64,000 nucleotides of DNA, from positions 1,056,001 through 1,120,000 of the forward strand of contig CAVPCR010000001.1 in NCBI GenBank assembly GCA_963702435.1, read 5' to 3'. A program made the position numbers and the translations under genes. This DNA comes from Candidatus Eiseniibacteriota bacterium (GTDB taxonomy: Bacteria; Eisenbacteria; RBG-16-71-46; CAVPCR01). Under the pieces are notes generated by a model, which had not been told where the DNA came from, searched no databases, and worked only from the letters and a program-made list of their open reading frames with translations. This document shows positions 1 to 9,737 of this stretch, piece after piece. Position 1 is the first letter of the stretch, and each line of letters begins with the position of its first letter.

Positions 1-1770
1 CACGGCGCGCTCCCAGACGCCGCGCTGACCGAGGTCACCGGGCGCGCCCACCGTGAACCCCCCGGCATCGGTCTCGAAGTTGGCCGCGAAGACCGGAGTC
101 CACGGCACCGGACTCACGTCGTAGCTCCAGAGGTACGCGGGCGCCTCGGTGGGAGCGAAGGCCGCCGCCCCGGCCTCGTCCGCCGCCTCGATGAAGTACT
201 GGACGAGCGTCCCCGGGAGCTGCGCCGGGACGATCCCCGCGTACTCCTCGCGCGCCGGATTGCTCGGAATCATCTCGACGGACCGGAACCCGCCGGCCCC
301 GCCTGATCGGTAGTGGAGGGTGACCGCCTGGACCGGAGCGTCGTGCGCGCGCACGCGAGCGGCCACCCGGAGCCGGCCGTCGGCGAGCGGCTCCGGTACC
401 GCGGGCGCCGCGGCGAACGCGGGCGGGCCGGGCAGCGGATCCAGGGTCACGTCCTCCGCAGTCGTCGTCCGGGCGCTGACCGTGACGGTGAAGGTCTCCT
501 CGTGGAAGTCCGGATGCCGGACCCGCACCGTGTGCTGGCCGGGGAAGAGCGCGGCCTGGTAGTACCCGGTGCGATCGCTCACCACGCGCACTCCGGCCTC
601 GATGAAGACGAGCTCCGCCCCTTCGAGTCGGGCGTCCCGACCGCCGTGGATGCGCACGAATCCGCGCGCGATACCGTCGTTCGCATCCTGGAAGCGGAGC
701 ACGTAGAGCCCCTGTTCCATGTCGGAGGCGTAGACGAGCCCGGAGGGCGCGTACGGGTAGACCCCCCAGCACCCTTCGAAGCGCGGGCCCTCGAAGCGGC
801 TCGTGTCGAAGCGCCCCACCTCGATCGGCACCCGCGGATTCGCGATGTCTATGACCCGCACGCCGGCCGTGTAGTAGGAGATGTAGGCGAGGGGCCCCTT
901 CACGTGCACGTTGTGGATGACCGCCGTCCGCTCGGTCTGGTACTCGCCGACCGGAGTGATGTACCGGCTGTCGAACTCCCAGGTCAGCAGGTGGCCCACC
1001 GGGGTGATCCGCTCGTCGGTCGTGAAGAAATGGCGCCCGTCGAGCGCCGGCCATGCGTTGTGCGTGGCCTGCTGGGGATAGACGATGCGCTGGATCTGCC
1101 GCGGATAGTCCTTGTCCCGCACATCGAGGATGTAGAGCCCCGCGTTGAACCACGATGCGTAGCAGGTGTCGTTCCGCACGTAGACGTCGTGGCAGGCGAT
1201 GAGGCCCCCCTGCTCGATATGCTGGAAGTACCCGCGCTCGACCGGGCGGAGCGGGTCGGCAAGGTCGAGGATCCGGAGATCCGAGTTGCCGGCGCCCATG
1301 AGCGCGACATAGGCGAAGCCGTCGTCCGAGCACCAGATGTTGTGCGAGCCGGGGATCTGGGGCGAGGAGTAGGTGGCGGCCGTATAGGCGTTGTAGGGAT
1401 CGGAGAGATCCACGATCTGGATCGGCCCGCGCTGGTTCACGCAGTAGGCGTACTGGCGGTAGGTCTTGACCTCCTTCAGATCGAAGCCGACCGAAGGGAC
1501 CGTCGTCGCCACCACCGGGTGCACCGGATCGGTGACGTCGATCACCTGGAGCGATGCGGCGTCGGTGACGAGCGCGTACTGGCCGCCGGCGTCCGAGTAG
1601 CCCCAGATCCCCTTCGCGCGGGAGGCGATGTGCGCTGCCTCCGGCGTCACCTCCTCCATCCGGTACGGCAGATCGGCGGAGAACACCGGACGCGCGACGG
1701 CGAGGCAGAGGGCAAGGCAGAAGTAGAGCAGGACGGCGCGCCGGGGGCGAGCCGGACCGGATCGCTTCAT
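1..1770 (-). CDS. Secreted choice-of-anchor B / LVIVD-repeat beta-propeller protein with a carboxypeptidase-regulatory-like Ig domain; 3' end runs off the window
   Basis: Frame not in the ORF track, translated by hand from ATG 1770: MKRSGPARPRRAVLLYFCLALCLAVARPVFSA (signal peptide), then GIWGY, LQVIDVTDP, HNIW, HDVYV, THNAW, TTDE, IHNVHV, SYYTAGVRVIDIANP, GCWGVYPY..SG..YASDMEQGL. No stop before base 1. Confidence 0.8.
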   Translation of the reverse strand, partial: MKRSGPARPRRAVLLYFCLALCLAVARPVFSADLPYRMEEVTPEAAHIASRAKGIWGYSDAGGQYALVTDAASLQVIDVTDPVHPVVATTVPSVGFDLKEVKTYRQYAYCVNQRGPIQIVDLSDPYNAYTAATYSSPQIPGSHNIWCSDDGFAYVALMGAGNSDLRILDLADPLRPVERGYFQHIEQGGLIACHDVYVRNDTCYASWFNAGLYILDVRDKDYPRQIQRIVYPQQATHNAWPALDGRHFFTTDERITPVGHLLTWEFDSRYITPVGEYQTERTAVIHNVHVKGPLAYISYYTAGVRVIDIANPRVPIEVGRFDTSRFEGPRFEGCWGVYPYAPSGLVYASDMEQGLYVLRFQDANDGIARGFVRIHGGRDARLEGAELVFIEAGVRVVSDRTGYYQAALFPGQHTVRVRHPDFHEETFTVTVSARTTTAEDVTLDPLPGPPAFAAAPAVPEPLADGRLRVAARVRAHDAPVQAVTLHYRSGGAGGFRSVEMIPSNPAREEYAGIVPAQLPGTLVQYFIEAADEAGAAAFAPTEAPAYLWSYDVSPVPWTPVFAANFETDAGGFTVGAPGDLGQRGVWERAV

Positions 1771-2090
1771 GGAGGCGACAACCTCTCGTGGGCGCTGACA
1801 GGGACGACGGACGGTGGGGGGAACGGGCGCTCCGGTCGTGCCGGACCGGCTCCCGCCAGTATGGCAAAGGCCCGCCCCGGCGGCAAGGCCCGTCCCCGCC
1901 GGGCCATGCCGCAATATACTGCGCATGTCCGCGACATTCTCAATCGGGGGCAACGGCCCGGACTCGCCGGCCGGGCCGGCCGGGACCGGGACCACGCGCC
2001 GCATCCATCGCCCTAACGGAAAGCGCGCCCCGAGTTTCGCCGACCGCCGCGGACCGCCGCCCAAGAGGTCCATGCTAGGATGGTGGCATT

Positions 2091-2176
2091 CGCCGCGGGC
2101 CCCCCCGCCGCGGGCCCCCTGCTGCGGGCCCCCCCGCCGCGGGCCCCTGCTGCGGGCCCCCCCGCCGCGGGCCCCG
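2091..2176. repeat. GC-rich tandem repeat of ~14-15 bp units (CCGCCGCGGGCCCC / TGCTGCGGGCCCC), about 6 copies
   Basis: Directly visible, immediately upstream of the molybdopterin oxidoreductase start. Confidence 0.75.
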
Positions 2177-2198
2177 CCCCCCGTCCCGGAGGAAGAAG

Positions 2199-4136
2199 GT
2201 GAAGGAACTCCGCCGCACGACCTGCAATCGCGACTGCCCCGACGCCTGCGGCATCGTCGCCACCGTCGAGGACGGGCGCGTGACCCGCCTCCAGGGGGAG
2301 AAGGACCATCCGATCACCCGCGGCTTCCTCTGCTACCGCACGAGCCGCTTCCTCGATCGCCAGTACTCCCCGGACCGTCTCACGACACCGCTCTACCGCC
2401 GCCGCGTGACGGACGACTTCAGTCCGATCGGCTGGGATGAGGCGCTCGACGTCGCCGCCGAGCGGCTCACCGCGATCCGCCGCGAGTCGGGGCCGGCGGC
2501 CGTCTTTCACTACCGGAGCGGCGGCTCGCTCGGGCTCTTGAAGCACCTCTGCGATCACTTCTTCGAGCAGTTCGGCCCGGTCACGGTGAAGCGCGGCGAC
2601 ATCTGCGCCGGCGCGGGCGGCGCCGCCCAGATGCTCGACTTCGGCGACGAGGACTCGAACGACCTCTTCGATCTCCTCTCGGCGCGCCACATCGTCCTCT
2701 GGGGCAAGAACGTCTACACCTCGAGCCCGCACCTGATCCCGCTCCTCAGGGAGGCGCAGGCCGGCGGCGCGGAGATCGTGCTCATCGACCCCGTGCATCA
2801 CAGGACGGCGGCGATCGCCGACCTCACGATCCAGAACCGGCCGGCGAGCGACTTCGCGCTGGCGATGGCGGTCGCGCAGGTCCTCTTCGCGCGCGGCTGG
2901 GTCGACCCCGGCGCCGCCGCGTACTGCGACCACCTGGATGACTTCCGGGCGCTCGCCGCGCAGCGCCCGCTCGCCGCGTGGTGCGCGGAGGCCGACGTCG
3001 AGCCGGCGAGGGCGGAGGATCTCGCGCGCCGCCTGGGACCGGAGAAGCCGGCCGCGATCCTCGTCGGCTGGGGGCTCGGCCGGCGCGCGAACGGCGCCGC
3101 CACGGTGCGGGCCCTCGACGCGCTGGCTGCGGTGAGCGGCAACCTGGGGATCCCCGGCGGCGGCGTCTCCTTCTACTACAAGCGGCGCGGCGCCTTCGAT
3201 GTCTCGTTCGTTCGCGGCAAGGCGGCCGCGCCGCGCACGGTGTGCGAGCCGCTGTTCGGTCCCGAGCTTCTCGCGCTCGCCGATCCGCCGGTCCGCGCCG
3301 TGTGGGTGACCGCCGCCAACCCGGTCACGATGCTCCCCGAATCGGAAACCACCGCGGCCGCGCTCCGCTCGCGCGACTTCGTGGTGGTCGTCGACTCCTT
3401 CATGACCGACACCGCCGAGTGCGCCCACCTCGTGCTGCCGACGACCACGCTCCTCGAGGACGACGACCTTCTCGGCTCCTACGGCCACCACTGGCTCGGC
3501 GCGTCGCGGCCCGTGGTGGCGCCGCCGGCCGGCGTGAAGAGCGACCTCGAGATCATGCAGGGGCTCGCCGCCCGGGTCGGCCTCGGCCCGGCCCTCGCCG
3601 GCAGCGCGCGCGAGTGGAAGGAGCGGCTCCTCGCCCCGAAGATGGGGCCGCACGGCATCACCGCCGAGGATCTCGAGGCGCGCGCGGTGCGGAACCCGCT
3701 CGCGCCGCCCATCCTCTTCGCCGACCGCCGCTTCACCACACCGACGGGACGCGTGAATCTCATCACGAGCGAGCCGGCGAGCGCCACACCCGCCGCCGGG
3801 TACCCCCTCCTGCTCATGTCCATCTCGACCGACCGCGCCCAGTCCTCGCAATGGGCGGTCGAGGCGGCCGGTCCGGCCGTGGCGACCGTGCACCCGGATG
3901 CAGCCGGCGGGCTCGCCGCTGGGGCCCTCGCCCGGCTCGAATCCCCCATCTCGTCCCTCGTCGTGCGCATCGCCCACGACCCCACCCAGCGGCGGGACGT
4001 CGTCCTCGTGCCCAAGGGCGGGCACCGGAAGGACGGTCGCTGCGCCAACTCGCTCGTCCGGGCGCGCACGACCGATCTCGGCGAGGGCGGGGCCCTCTAT
4101 GACGAGCGGGTGCGGCTCGTCCCGCTCGCGGAGTGA
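2199..4136 (+). CDS. Molybdopterin (bis-MGD)-dependent oxidoreductase, standalone YoaE/YyaE-like
   Basis: N-terminal CNRDCPDAC...HPITRGFLC Fe-S motif, WDEALD, VVVDSFMTDTAECAHLVLP, C-terminal molydop-binding domain (HPDAA). No Tat signal. Confidence 0.85.
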   Translation: MKELRRTTCNRDCPDACGIVATVEDGRVTRLQGEKDHPITRGFLCYRTSRFLDRQYSPDRLTTPLYRRRVTDDFSPIGWDEALDVAAERLTAIRRESGPAAVFHYRSGGSLGLLKHLCDHFFEQFGPVTVKRGDICAGAGGAAQMLDFGDEDSNDLFDLLSARHIVLWGKNVYTSSPHLIPLLREAQAGGAEIVLIDPVHHRTAAIADLTIQNRPASDFALAMAVAQVLFARGWVDPGAAAYCDHLDDFRALAAQRPLAAWCAEADVEPARAEDLARRLGPEKPAAILVGWGLGRRANGAATVRALDALAAVSGNLGIPGGGVSFYYKRRGAFDVSFVRGKAAAPRTVCEPLFGPELLALADPPVRAVWVTAANPVTMLPESETTAAALRSRDFVVVVDSFMTDTAECAHLVLPTTTLLEDDDLLGSYGHHWLGASRPVVAPPAGVKSDLEIMQGLAARVGLGPALAGSAREWKERLLAPKMGPHGITAEDLEARAVRNPLAPPILFADRRFTTPTGRVNLITSEPASATPAAGYPLLLMSISTDRAQSSQWAVEAAGPAVATVHPDAAGGLAAGALARLESPISSLVVRIAHDPTQRRDVVLVPKGGHRKDGRCANSLVRARTTDLGEGGALYDERVRLVPLAE

Positions 4137-4219
4137 CCGCGGGGACATCGCGGACGCCCGGCCGGCCCACCCCGAACTTCCGGTTCCCAACCGGGCCCGC
4201 ATTGTGTAAAAGAGGAACG

Positions 4220-5653
4220 ATGCACGACGCGCTCGACCAGCTCTTTCGCGGACGCTACGGCGCGCCTGTCGAGTCCTTCACCCTCTTGAAGGGCGACGGC
4301 TCGGGCCGCAAGTACTGGCGTCTCGCCGGCGGCGGTCACGCTGCGATCGGGGTCTACGGGCCCGATGCGGCCGAGAACCGCGCGTTCCTCGAGTTCTCCC
4401 GCCACTTCCGGCGGGCCGGCCTCCCGGTGCCCGAGATCTATGCCGAGAACCCCGCCCTCGGCCTCTACCTGCAGGAAGACCTCGGCGATCTCACGCTGTT
4501 CGCCTTCCTGGCCGAGACGCGGACGCCGGGCGAGTTTCCGACGTCCGCGATCGCGCTCTACCAGAAGGTGGTCACGACGCTGCCGCGCTTCCAGATCGAG
4601 GCCGGGCGCTCGCTCAACTACGAGGTCTGCTATCCGCGGGCGAGCTTCGATCAGCGCTCGATCCTGTGGGACCTGAACTACTTCAAGTACTACTTCCTGC
4701 GCCTGGCCGGCATCGCGTTCAACGAGCAGGAGCTGGAAGACGATTTCCAGCGGTTCACCGCCTTCCTGCTCGAGGCCGGTCAAGATTACTTCCTGTACCG
4801 CGATTTCCAGTCGCGGAACATCATGCTGCGCGGCGGCGAGCCCTGGTTCATCGACTACCAGGGCGGCCGGCGCGGACCACTCCAGTACGACATCGCCTCC
4901 CTGCTCTACGACGCCAAGGCCGACATCCCGGTCCCCGTGCGCGAGCGACTGCTCGACGCCTACCTCGACGCGGCCGCAGCCATCGCTCCCCTCTCGCGGG
5001 AGCGCTTCCTCCACTACTATCCCGGCTACATCCTCGTCCGCATCATGCAGGCGTTCGGCGCCTACGGACTCCGCGGCTTCTACGAGCGGAAGACGCACTT
5101 CTTGCAGAGCATCCCGTACGCGATCCAGAACCTCGAGCACCTGCTCGCCACGATCGAGCTTCCGATCAAGATCCCCGCCCTCCTCGGCGTCTTCCACACC
5201 ATGGTCGCGGTACCGCGCCTCCGCCAGATCGGCCAGCCGGAAACCCAGCTCACGGTCCGCGTCCAGAGCTTCTCCTACAAGAGCGGGCTGCCGCCGGACG
5301 ACTCGGGGCACGGCGGCGGGTTCGTCTTCGACTGCCGGGCGCTCCCCAACCCGGGCCGCCACGAGCGGTATGCGGCGCTCACCGGGAAGGACCGTCCGGT
5401 CATCGAGTTCCTCAAGGAGGACGCCGCGGTCCGCGAGTTCCTCCGGCACGCCGTCGCGCTCGTGGACCAGATCGTCGCCAGCTACCGGGCCCGCAACTTC
5501 ACCGACATCCAGGTCGCCTTCGGGTGCACGGGCGGGCGCCACCGCTCGGTGTACTGCGCCGAGCAGATCGCCGACCACCTGCGCCTGCACCACAGCGTGC
5601 GGGTCAGGCTGAATCACCTCGCGCTCGAGTCCGCGCTGGTCGCGGCGCAGTGA
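4220..5653 (+). CDS. AmgK-like anomeric MurNAc/GlcNAc kinase (APH fold) fused to a RapZ C-terminal domain
   Basis: GDGSGRKYWR, QEDLGD, YRDFQSRNIM, IDYQG, YDIASLL; C-terminal SFSYKSG..FVFDCRALPNP and FGCTGGRHRSV are the RapZ C-terminal signature. Adjacent to a murU-like gene. Confidence 0.8.
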   Translation: MHDALDQLFRGRYGAPVESFTLLKGDGSGRKYWRLAGGGHAAIGVYGPDAAENRAFLEFSRHFRRAGLPVPEIYAENPALGLYLQEDLGDLTLFAFLAETRTPGEFPTSAIALYQKVVTTLPRFQIEAGRSLNYEVCYPRASFDQRSILWDLNYFKYYFLRLAGIAFNEQELEDDFQRFTAFLLEAGQDYFLYRDFQSRNIMLRGGEPWFIDYQGGRRGPLQYDIASLLYDAKADIPVPVRERLLDAYLDAAAAIAPLSRERFLHYYPGYILVRIMQAFGAYGLRGFYERKTHFLQSIPYAIQNLEHLLATIELPIKIPALLGVFHTMVAVPRLRQIGQPETQLTVRVQSFSYKSGLPPDDSGHGGGFVFDCRALPNPGRHERYAALTGKDRPVIEFLKEDAAVREFLRHAVALVDQIVASYRARNFTDIQVAFGCTGGRHRSVYCAEQIADHLRLHHSVRVRLNHLALESALVAAQ

Positions 5654-5663
5654 CCATCCGGCG

Positions 5664-6404
5664 ATGAAGGCCATGGTGCTGGCGGCAGGCGTCGGCAGCC
5701 GCCTCAAGCCGCTCACCGACCAGGTCCCGAAGGCGCTCCTCGAGATCGGCGGCCGGCCCCTGATCGAGATCGTCCTCCGCCGGCTCGCCGCCGCCGGCGT
5801 GGATCGCGTCATCGTCAACGTGTTCCATCACGCCGCGCAGATGGAACGAGCCCTCGCCCGCTGGTCGCGGCCGGGCTTCCGGATCGAGATCTCCCGCGAG
5901 GAGGAACTCCTCGACACGGGCGGCGGCCTCAAGCGGGCGGCGCCCTTCCTGGCCGGGCGCGAGCCCTTCTTCCTGCACAACGCCGACATCGTGAGCGGCG
6001 TCGATCTCGCGCGGCTCTACGCGGCGCACGGTGAGAGCGGCGCCCTCGCCACCCTGTCGGTGCGGAAGCGACCCGGCGACCGGCAGCTTCTCTTCGATGA
6101 GCAGGGTCTCCTCTCGGGCTGGGAGAACGCGGCGACCGGAGAGCGCGTGGTGACCGGGACGGCCGGCGATCCCGCGGGATCGCCCTACGGATTCGACGGC
6201 ATCCAGGTCGTGTCCCCGGACATCTTCGCCCTGCTGGAGGAGGAGGGCGCCTTCTCGCTGACGCGGGCCTACCTCCGGCTGGCGACGGCGGGCGCGCGCA
6301 TCGTGGCCTTCGACGCCGGCGCGTACTACTGGGCCGATGCCGGGACCGAGGCCAAGATCGAGGCCATCGAGCGGCACATCGAGACGCGGGGCTGGCCGGG
6401 GTGA
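5664..6404 (+). CDS. murU: MurU-like NDP-sugar pyrophosphorylase (N-acetylmuramate-1-phosphate uridylyltransferase)
   Basis: MKAMVLAAGVGSRLKPLTDQVPKAL, LLDTGGGL, HNADI; directly follows the AmgK-like kinase. Confidence 0.75.
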   Translation: MKAMVLAAGVGSRLKPLTDQVPKALLEIGGRPLIEIVLRRLAAAGVDRVIVNVFHHAAQMERALARWSRPGFRIEISREEELLDTGGGLKRAAPFLAGREPFFLHNADIVSGVDLARLYAAHGESGALATLSVRKRPGDRQLLFDEQGLLSGWENAATGERVVTGTAGDPAGSPYGFDGIQVVSPDIFALLEEEGAFSLTRAYLRLATAGARIVAFDAGAYYWADAGTEAKIEAIERHIETRGWPG

Positions 6405-6474
6405 TGCCCCGCGGAGGGGACCCTTCCAACCCGCGAGGGCCCGCCGGCGGCTACTCCGGCCGGCCGGGGGTGGC

Positions 6475-6503
6475 TTGACACCTCCTTGACGCTCTCCTAG
6501 CAT
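6475..6503 (+). promoter_or_regulatory. Sigma70-type promoter TTGACA-17-TAGCAT
   Basis: Perfect -35 at 6475-6480, 17 bp spacer, TAGCAT at 6498-6503, in an intergenic region. Confidence 0.6.
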
Positions 6504-6961
6504 CTACCGCAGCAGTTTCCGCGAGCGAGCCCGTCCAAGGCTCGGGTTCCCGGGCTCCAGCCCGGGTCGCGGTGCCCGCGAGGCACTGCCGCCTGCAGGC
6601 CTTCCCCGGCCCTCCCGCAGGCCCCGAAAGTCGGGTTCTCGTTCGCTAAGGCTTTATTCAACATAATGATAGACGATAGTGCCCCTCTCGGGCGCCCGCG
6701 CGCTCTGTCTTGCCGCGGGCGCTCTATCCGGCATGCCTTCCCGGGCCCTCTCCGCCATCGGGCGGGGTGGCTCGCCTCCGCGGCTCTCGTCGCCCTCGTC
6801 CTGTCGCCCCAGGGGTCCGAGCCGAAGGATCCTTCCCCGGGCCCGGGCCCGGGCCCGGCCGGCGCCACCCCCCCTGCCGTCCACGCCGGACCGACCGCTT
6901 CCCCCTGGGATCCGCGGGATCCGCGGGCGACCCGGCCGGAGGGACCAAGCGCGCCGCGGCG

Positions 6962-8683
6962 ATGACTGCCGCATCGGCCATCGTGGCTCCGGACGGGGCG
7001 GTCGCGGTGCTCCTGCCGGTGGACACGGTCTGGGATCCGAAGGCGACCCCCTTTCAACTCCTCGGGTCGCAGTCGGGCCTGCATCGCGTGGCTCCGAGCT
7101 ACGATCCCGAGACGCGGACCCTGTCGCTGACACCCCGCCGGCCCTTCCTTCCCGGCGAGTGCCTCCGTCTCGCGATCGCGCGCACCGAGACATCGCCGGG
7201 AACGCTCATCACCTTCCGCGTCGCCGCGAGCCGGGCGCCGGCGCAGTTTGTGCGCGTCGCGCGCCTCGCCACGGGCACGGGCCCCAGCATGCTCGCCGCC
7301 GCGGACCTCGACGCGGACGGCGATCCTGACCTCGTGGCCAGCGACGTCCAGGGGGACGACGCGATCCACGTCTTCCTGAACGACGGCGGCTTCAGCTTCA
7401 CGACGCTCATCGTGCCCCTCGCCGGGATCGAGGATCCGAGTCGTTTCGCCGTCGCCGACCTCGACCGCGACGGGCGTCTCGATCTCGTCGTCCCCGGCGA
7501 GACCTCGGGCCACCTGATGGTCCTGCGTGGCCGCGGGGACGGACGCTTCACCGCAAGTCCCCTCCGCGCGCTCGAGTCCTCCTCGCCCGTGCATGCGCTG
7601 GCCGCCGATCTCGACCTCGACGGGCAGGACGAGATCGTGATCGCGCACCTCAGGAGCGCCGACCGCATCGCGATCGTCGCCGGGGACGCCGGCGGGAGCT
7701 TCGGGCGGGAACGGCGCGTGCGGACCGGACGCGGCATCGGATCGCTCGCCGTGGCTGACCTCGACGGCGACCAGGATCTGGACCTCGCCGCGGCGAACGA
7801 GGACAGCGATCAGCTCCTCCTCTTCCACAATCAGGGGGATGGACGCTTCGAGCTCGCCGCCACGCTCAAGACCGGAGATCGCCCGGAAGCGGTCGCCGCC
7901 GGCGATCTGAACGGAGATGCGATCCCCGATCTCGTGACCACGAACCAGGGAGCGAACGACATCTCGGTGTTCATCGCCCGGGCGGGGACTGACGCCCGCG
8001 GCGAGATCGATTACGCGGATCCGGTGGCCTACGTGACGGGGGATCGACCCTTCATCCCCGCGCTCGCGGATCTCGACGGCGATGGCGATCTCGACCTCGC
8101 CGTGCCGGGACTCCTCTCCGACGACGTGACCGTGCTCCTGAACCAGGGGCAGGGCCGATTCACGCGCGGCGCGCGCTTCGGCGTGGATCCGGGTCCGATC
8201 AGCGTGCAGGCCGCCGATTTCGACGGCGACGGCGCGCTCGATCTCGCGGTCGTGAGTTCGATCGCCGATAACGTGACGCTCTACCGCAACGCGGCTCTGG
8301 TCCCGCCGGGACCGATCGGAGAGGGTGGCAGGACCGCCGGCGCCAGATCCGGCGGGGCCGCCAGCGTCGCCGGCGCGAACGCGGGCGCCCGGGACGGCGA
8401 GGCGCCGCCGCAGGAGCTCGCGCAGAACGTGCCCAATCCATTCAATCCGGCGACCGAGATCCCGTTCCAGCTGGAACGGGAAGGGCATGTGCTCCTGGTC
8501 GTGTTCAACTCGTCGGGCAAGATCGTGCGCACGCTCGTCGATGAGCATCGTGCAGCCGGCGCCCATGTCGCCGTCTGGGATGGCACCACCGACGCCGGCG
8601 AGAAGGCGCCGAGCGGAACCTACTTCTACCGCCTGACCACGGACGACACGGTCGAGCTCCGGCGCATGACCCTCCTCCGCTGA
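6962..8683 (+). CDS. FG-GAP/VCBS-repeat beta-propeller protein with C-terminal FlgD-Ig (T9SS-like) domain; true start may be 6666 across a frameshift
   Basis: About 7 DLDGDGDxDL repeats; C-terminal QNVPNPFNPATEI...VRTLVDE...VWDG...PSGTYFYRL. Confidence 0.85.
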   Translation: MTAASAIVAPDGAVAVLLPVDTVWDPKATPFQLLGSQSGLHRVAPSYDPETRTLSLTPRRPFLPGECLRLAIARTETSPGTLITFRVAASRAPAQFVRVARLATGTGPSMLAAADLDADGDPDLVASDVQGDDAIHVFLNDGGFSFTTLIVPLAGIEDPSRFAVADLDRDGRLDLVVPGETSGHLMVLRGRGDGRFTASPLRALESSSPVHALAADLDLDGQDEIVIAHLRSADRIAIVAGDAGGSFGRERRVRTGRGIGSLAVADLDGDQDLDLAAANEDSDQLLLFHNQGDGRFELAATLKTGDRPEAVAAGDLNGDAIPDLVTTNQGANDISVFIARAGTDARGEIDYADPVAYVTGDRPFIPALADLDGDGDLDLAVPGLLSDDVTVLLNQGQGRFTRGARFGVDPGPISVQAADFDGDGALDLAVVSSIADNVTLYRNAALVPPGPIGEGGRTAGARSGGAASVAGANAGARDGEAPPQELAQNVPNPFNPATEIPFQLEREGHVLLVVFNSSGKIVRTLVDEHRAAGAHVAVWDGTTDAGEKAPSGTYFYRLTTDDTVELRRMTLLR

Positions 8684-8719
8684 TCCGCAGTGCGCCGCGC
8701 GTCGTCCGAACGTCAGGTC

Positions 8720-9292
8720 TCAGGGCACGACGACGACCGAGGCGACCCCTCCGGCGCCATCCCCGCCGCGATCCGGATTCCCCGAATCCACGATCCACCG
8801 CCGGCCGTCGAGCAGGTACTTGTAGACGTAGCGGCCGCGCGGCGGGAGCGGCACGAATCCCACCCACAGGCTGTCGTCCGCCCCGCGCCGCACAAGCTCG
8901 TGCTGGTTCGGCACCCATCCATTGAAGGTGCCGGCCACGAACAGGCTGTGCGCCGAACGCTCCGCACAGGTGAAGAGGATCCCGCCCGAAAGCAGCCGCG
9001 GTGACGACGGTGCGAGCGCGGCGAGATCCTCCGGCGAGAGCTGGGCGGTGCGCGCCACGGCGAGCGCGCCGGCCGCCATCGAATCGGCAGCCTGGGCTTC
9101 CGGGACGCGGGCCTGCTGCCCGGCAAGCCCGGCGGCCGGAGCGGCCGTCTGCGAGCGCGAGGCGCAGGACGCGATCGCGCAGCCGGCGAGAACCGGAAGG
9201 AACCACTTCGCGATCGCTCCGGGCACCGCGCGGGACGGCCCCTCCCCCGGTCTCCGCGCCCGCCCGACCTGGTTCGAGAGATTCGATCGCAT
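8720..9292 (-). CDS. Putative lipoprotein with a CBM48/AMPK-beta-like glycogen-binding domain
   Basis: Hydrophobic stretch with LAGC/IASC lipobox candidates; VAGTFNGW...YVYKYLLDGRRWIVDSGNP. Start codon uncertain. Confidence 0.75.
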   Translation of the reverse strand: MRSNLSNQVGRARRPGEGPSRAVPGAIAKWFLPVLAGCAIASCASRSQTAAPAAGLAGQQARVPEAQAADSMAAGALAVARTAQLSPEDLAALAPSSPRLLSGGILFTCAERSAHSLFVAGTFNGWVPNQHELVRRGADDSLWVGFVPLPPRGRYVYKYLLDGRRWIVDSGNPDRGGDGAGGVASVVVVP

Positions 9293-9403
9293 CGTCCGCA
9301 TCCTCGCCGCCGCATTCGCCTCGAGCCCGGATCCTCCGGCCTGCGGTGTCAAACCCGCGGCGGCCCTCCGTTCAAGGCCTGGGGAGGCCGCCCCGGGCCC
9401 GGC

Positions 9404-9445
9404 GGGGCTGTCCCACCTCGCGGTGGGGCTGTCCCACCTCGCGGA
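9404..9445. repeat. Direct repeat, 2 x 21 bp (GGGGCTGTCCCACCTCGCGGW)
   Basis: Directly visible in a divergent intergenic region. Confidence 0.8.
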
Positions 9446-9737
9446 GGGGTGCCGTCGGGTCGTTGCCGGTCAGGTCCCGTGCCTGCGGCCACCACGCCGG
9501 GAGTTGCCCGGGGACGCCCGCGGGGGTACCATGGCGCCGCCGGAGATCGGCCGCCTCGCGCAGCACTATGCCGAGGCGGGCTCCGGCAGGCAACCTGTCC
9601 CCCAGCCCAGCGCCCATTTCCCCCACGTTCCGTTTCCGGCTCGGAGGCGGTGGACACGGCGAACTCGAGGTGTCCACACCGTCCGGGAATCATGGGGCTC
9701 CGCTCGTCGGGGGCTCCGGGATGGGAGATACCGTGTC

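Noticed and set aside
2199..4136. Catalytic partner of the 41989-44443 Fe-S/NrfD module
   Set aside because: It is 38 kb away, has no Tat signal and resembles standalone cytoplasmic family members; nothing in the sequence links the two.
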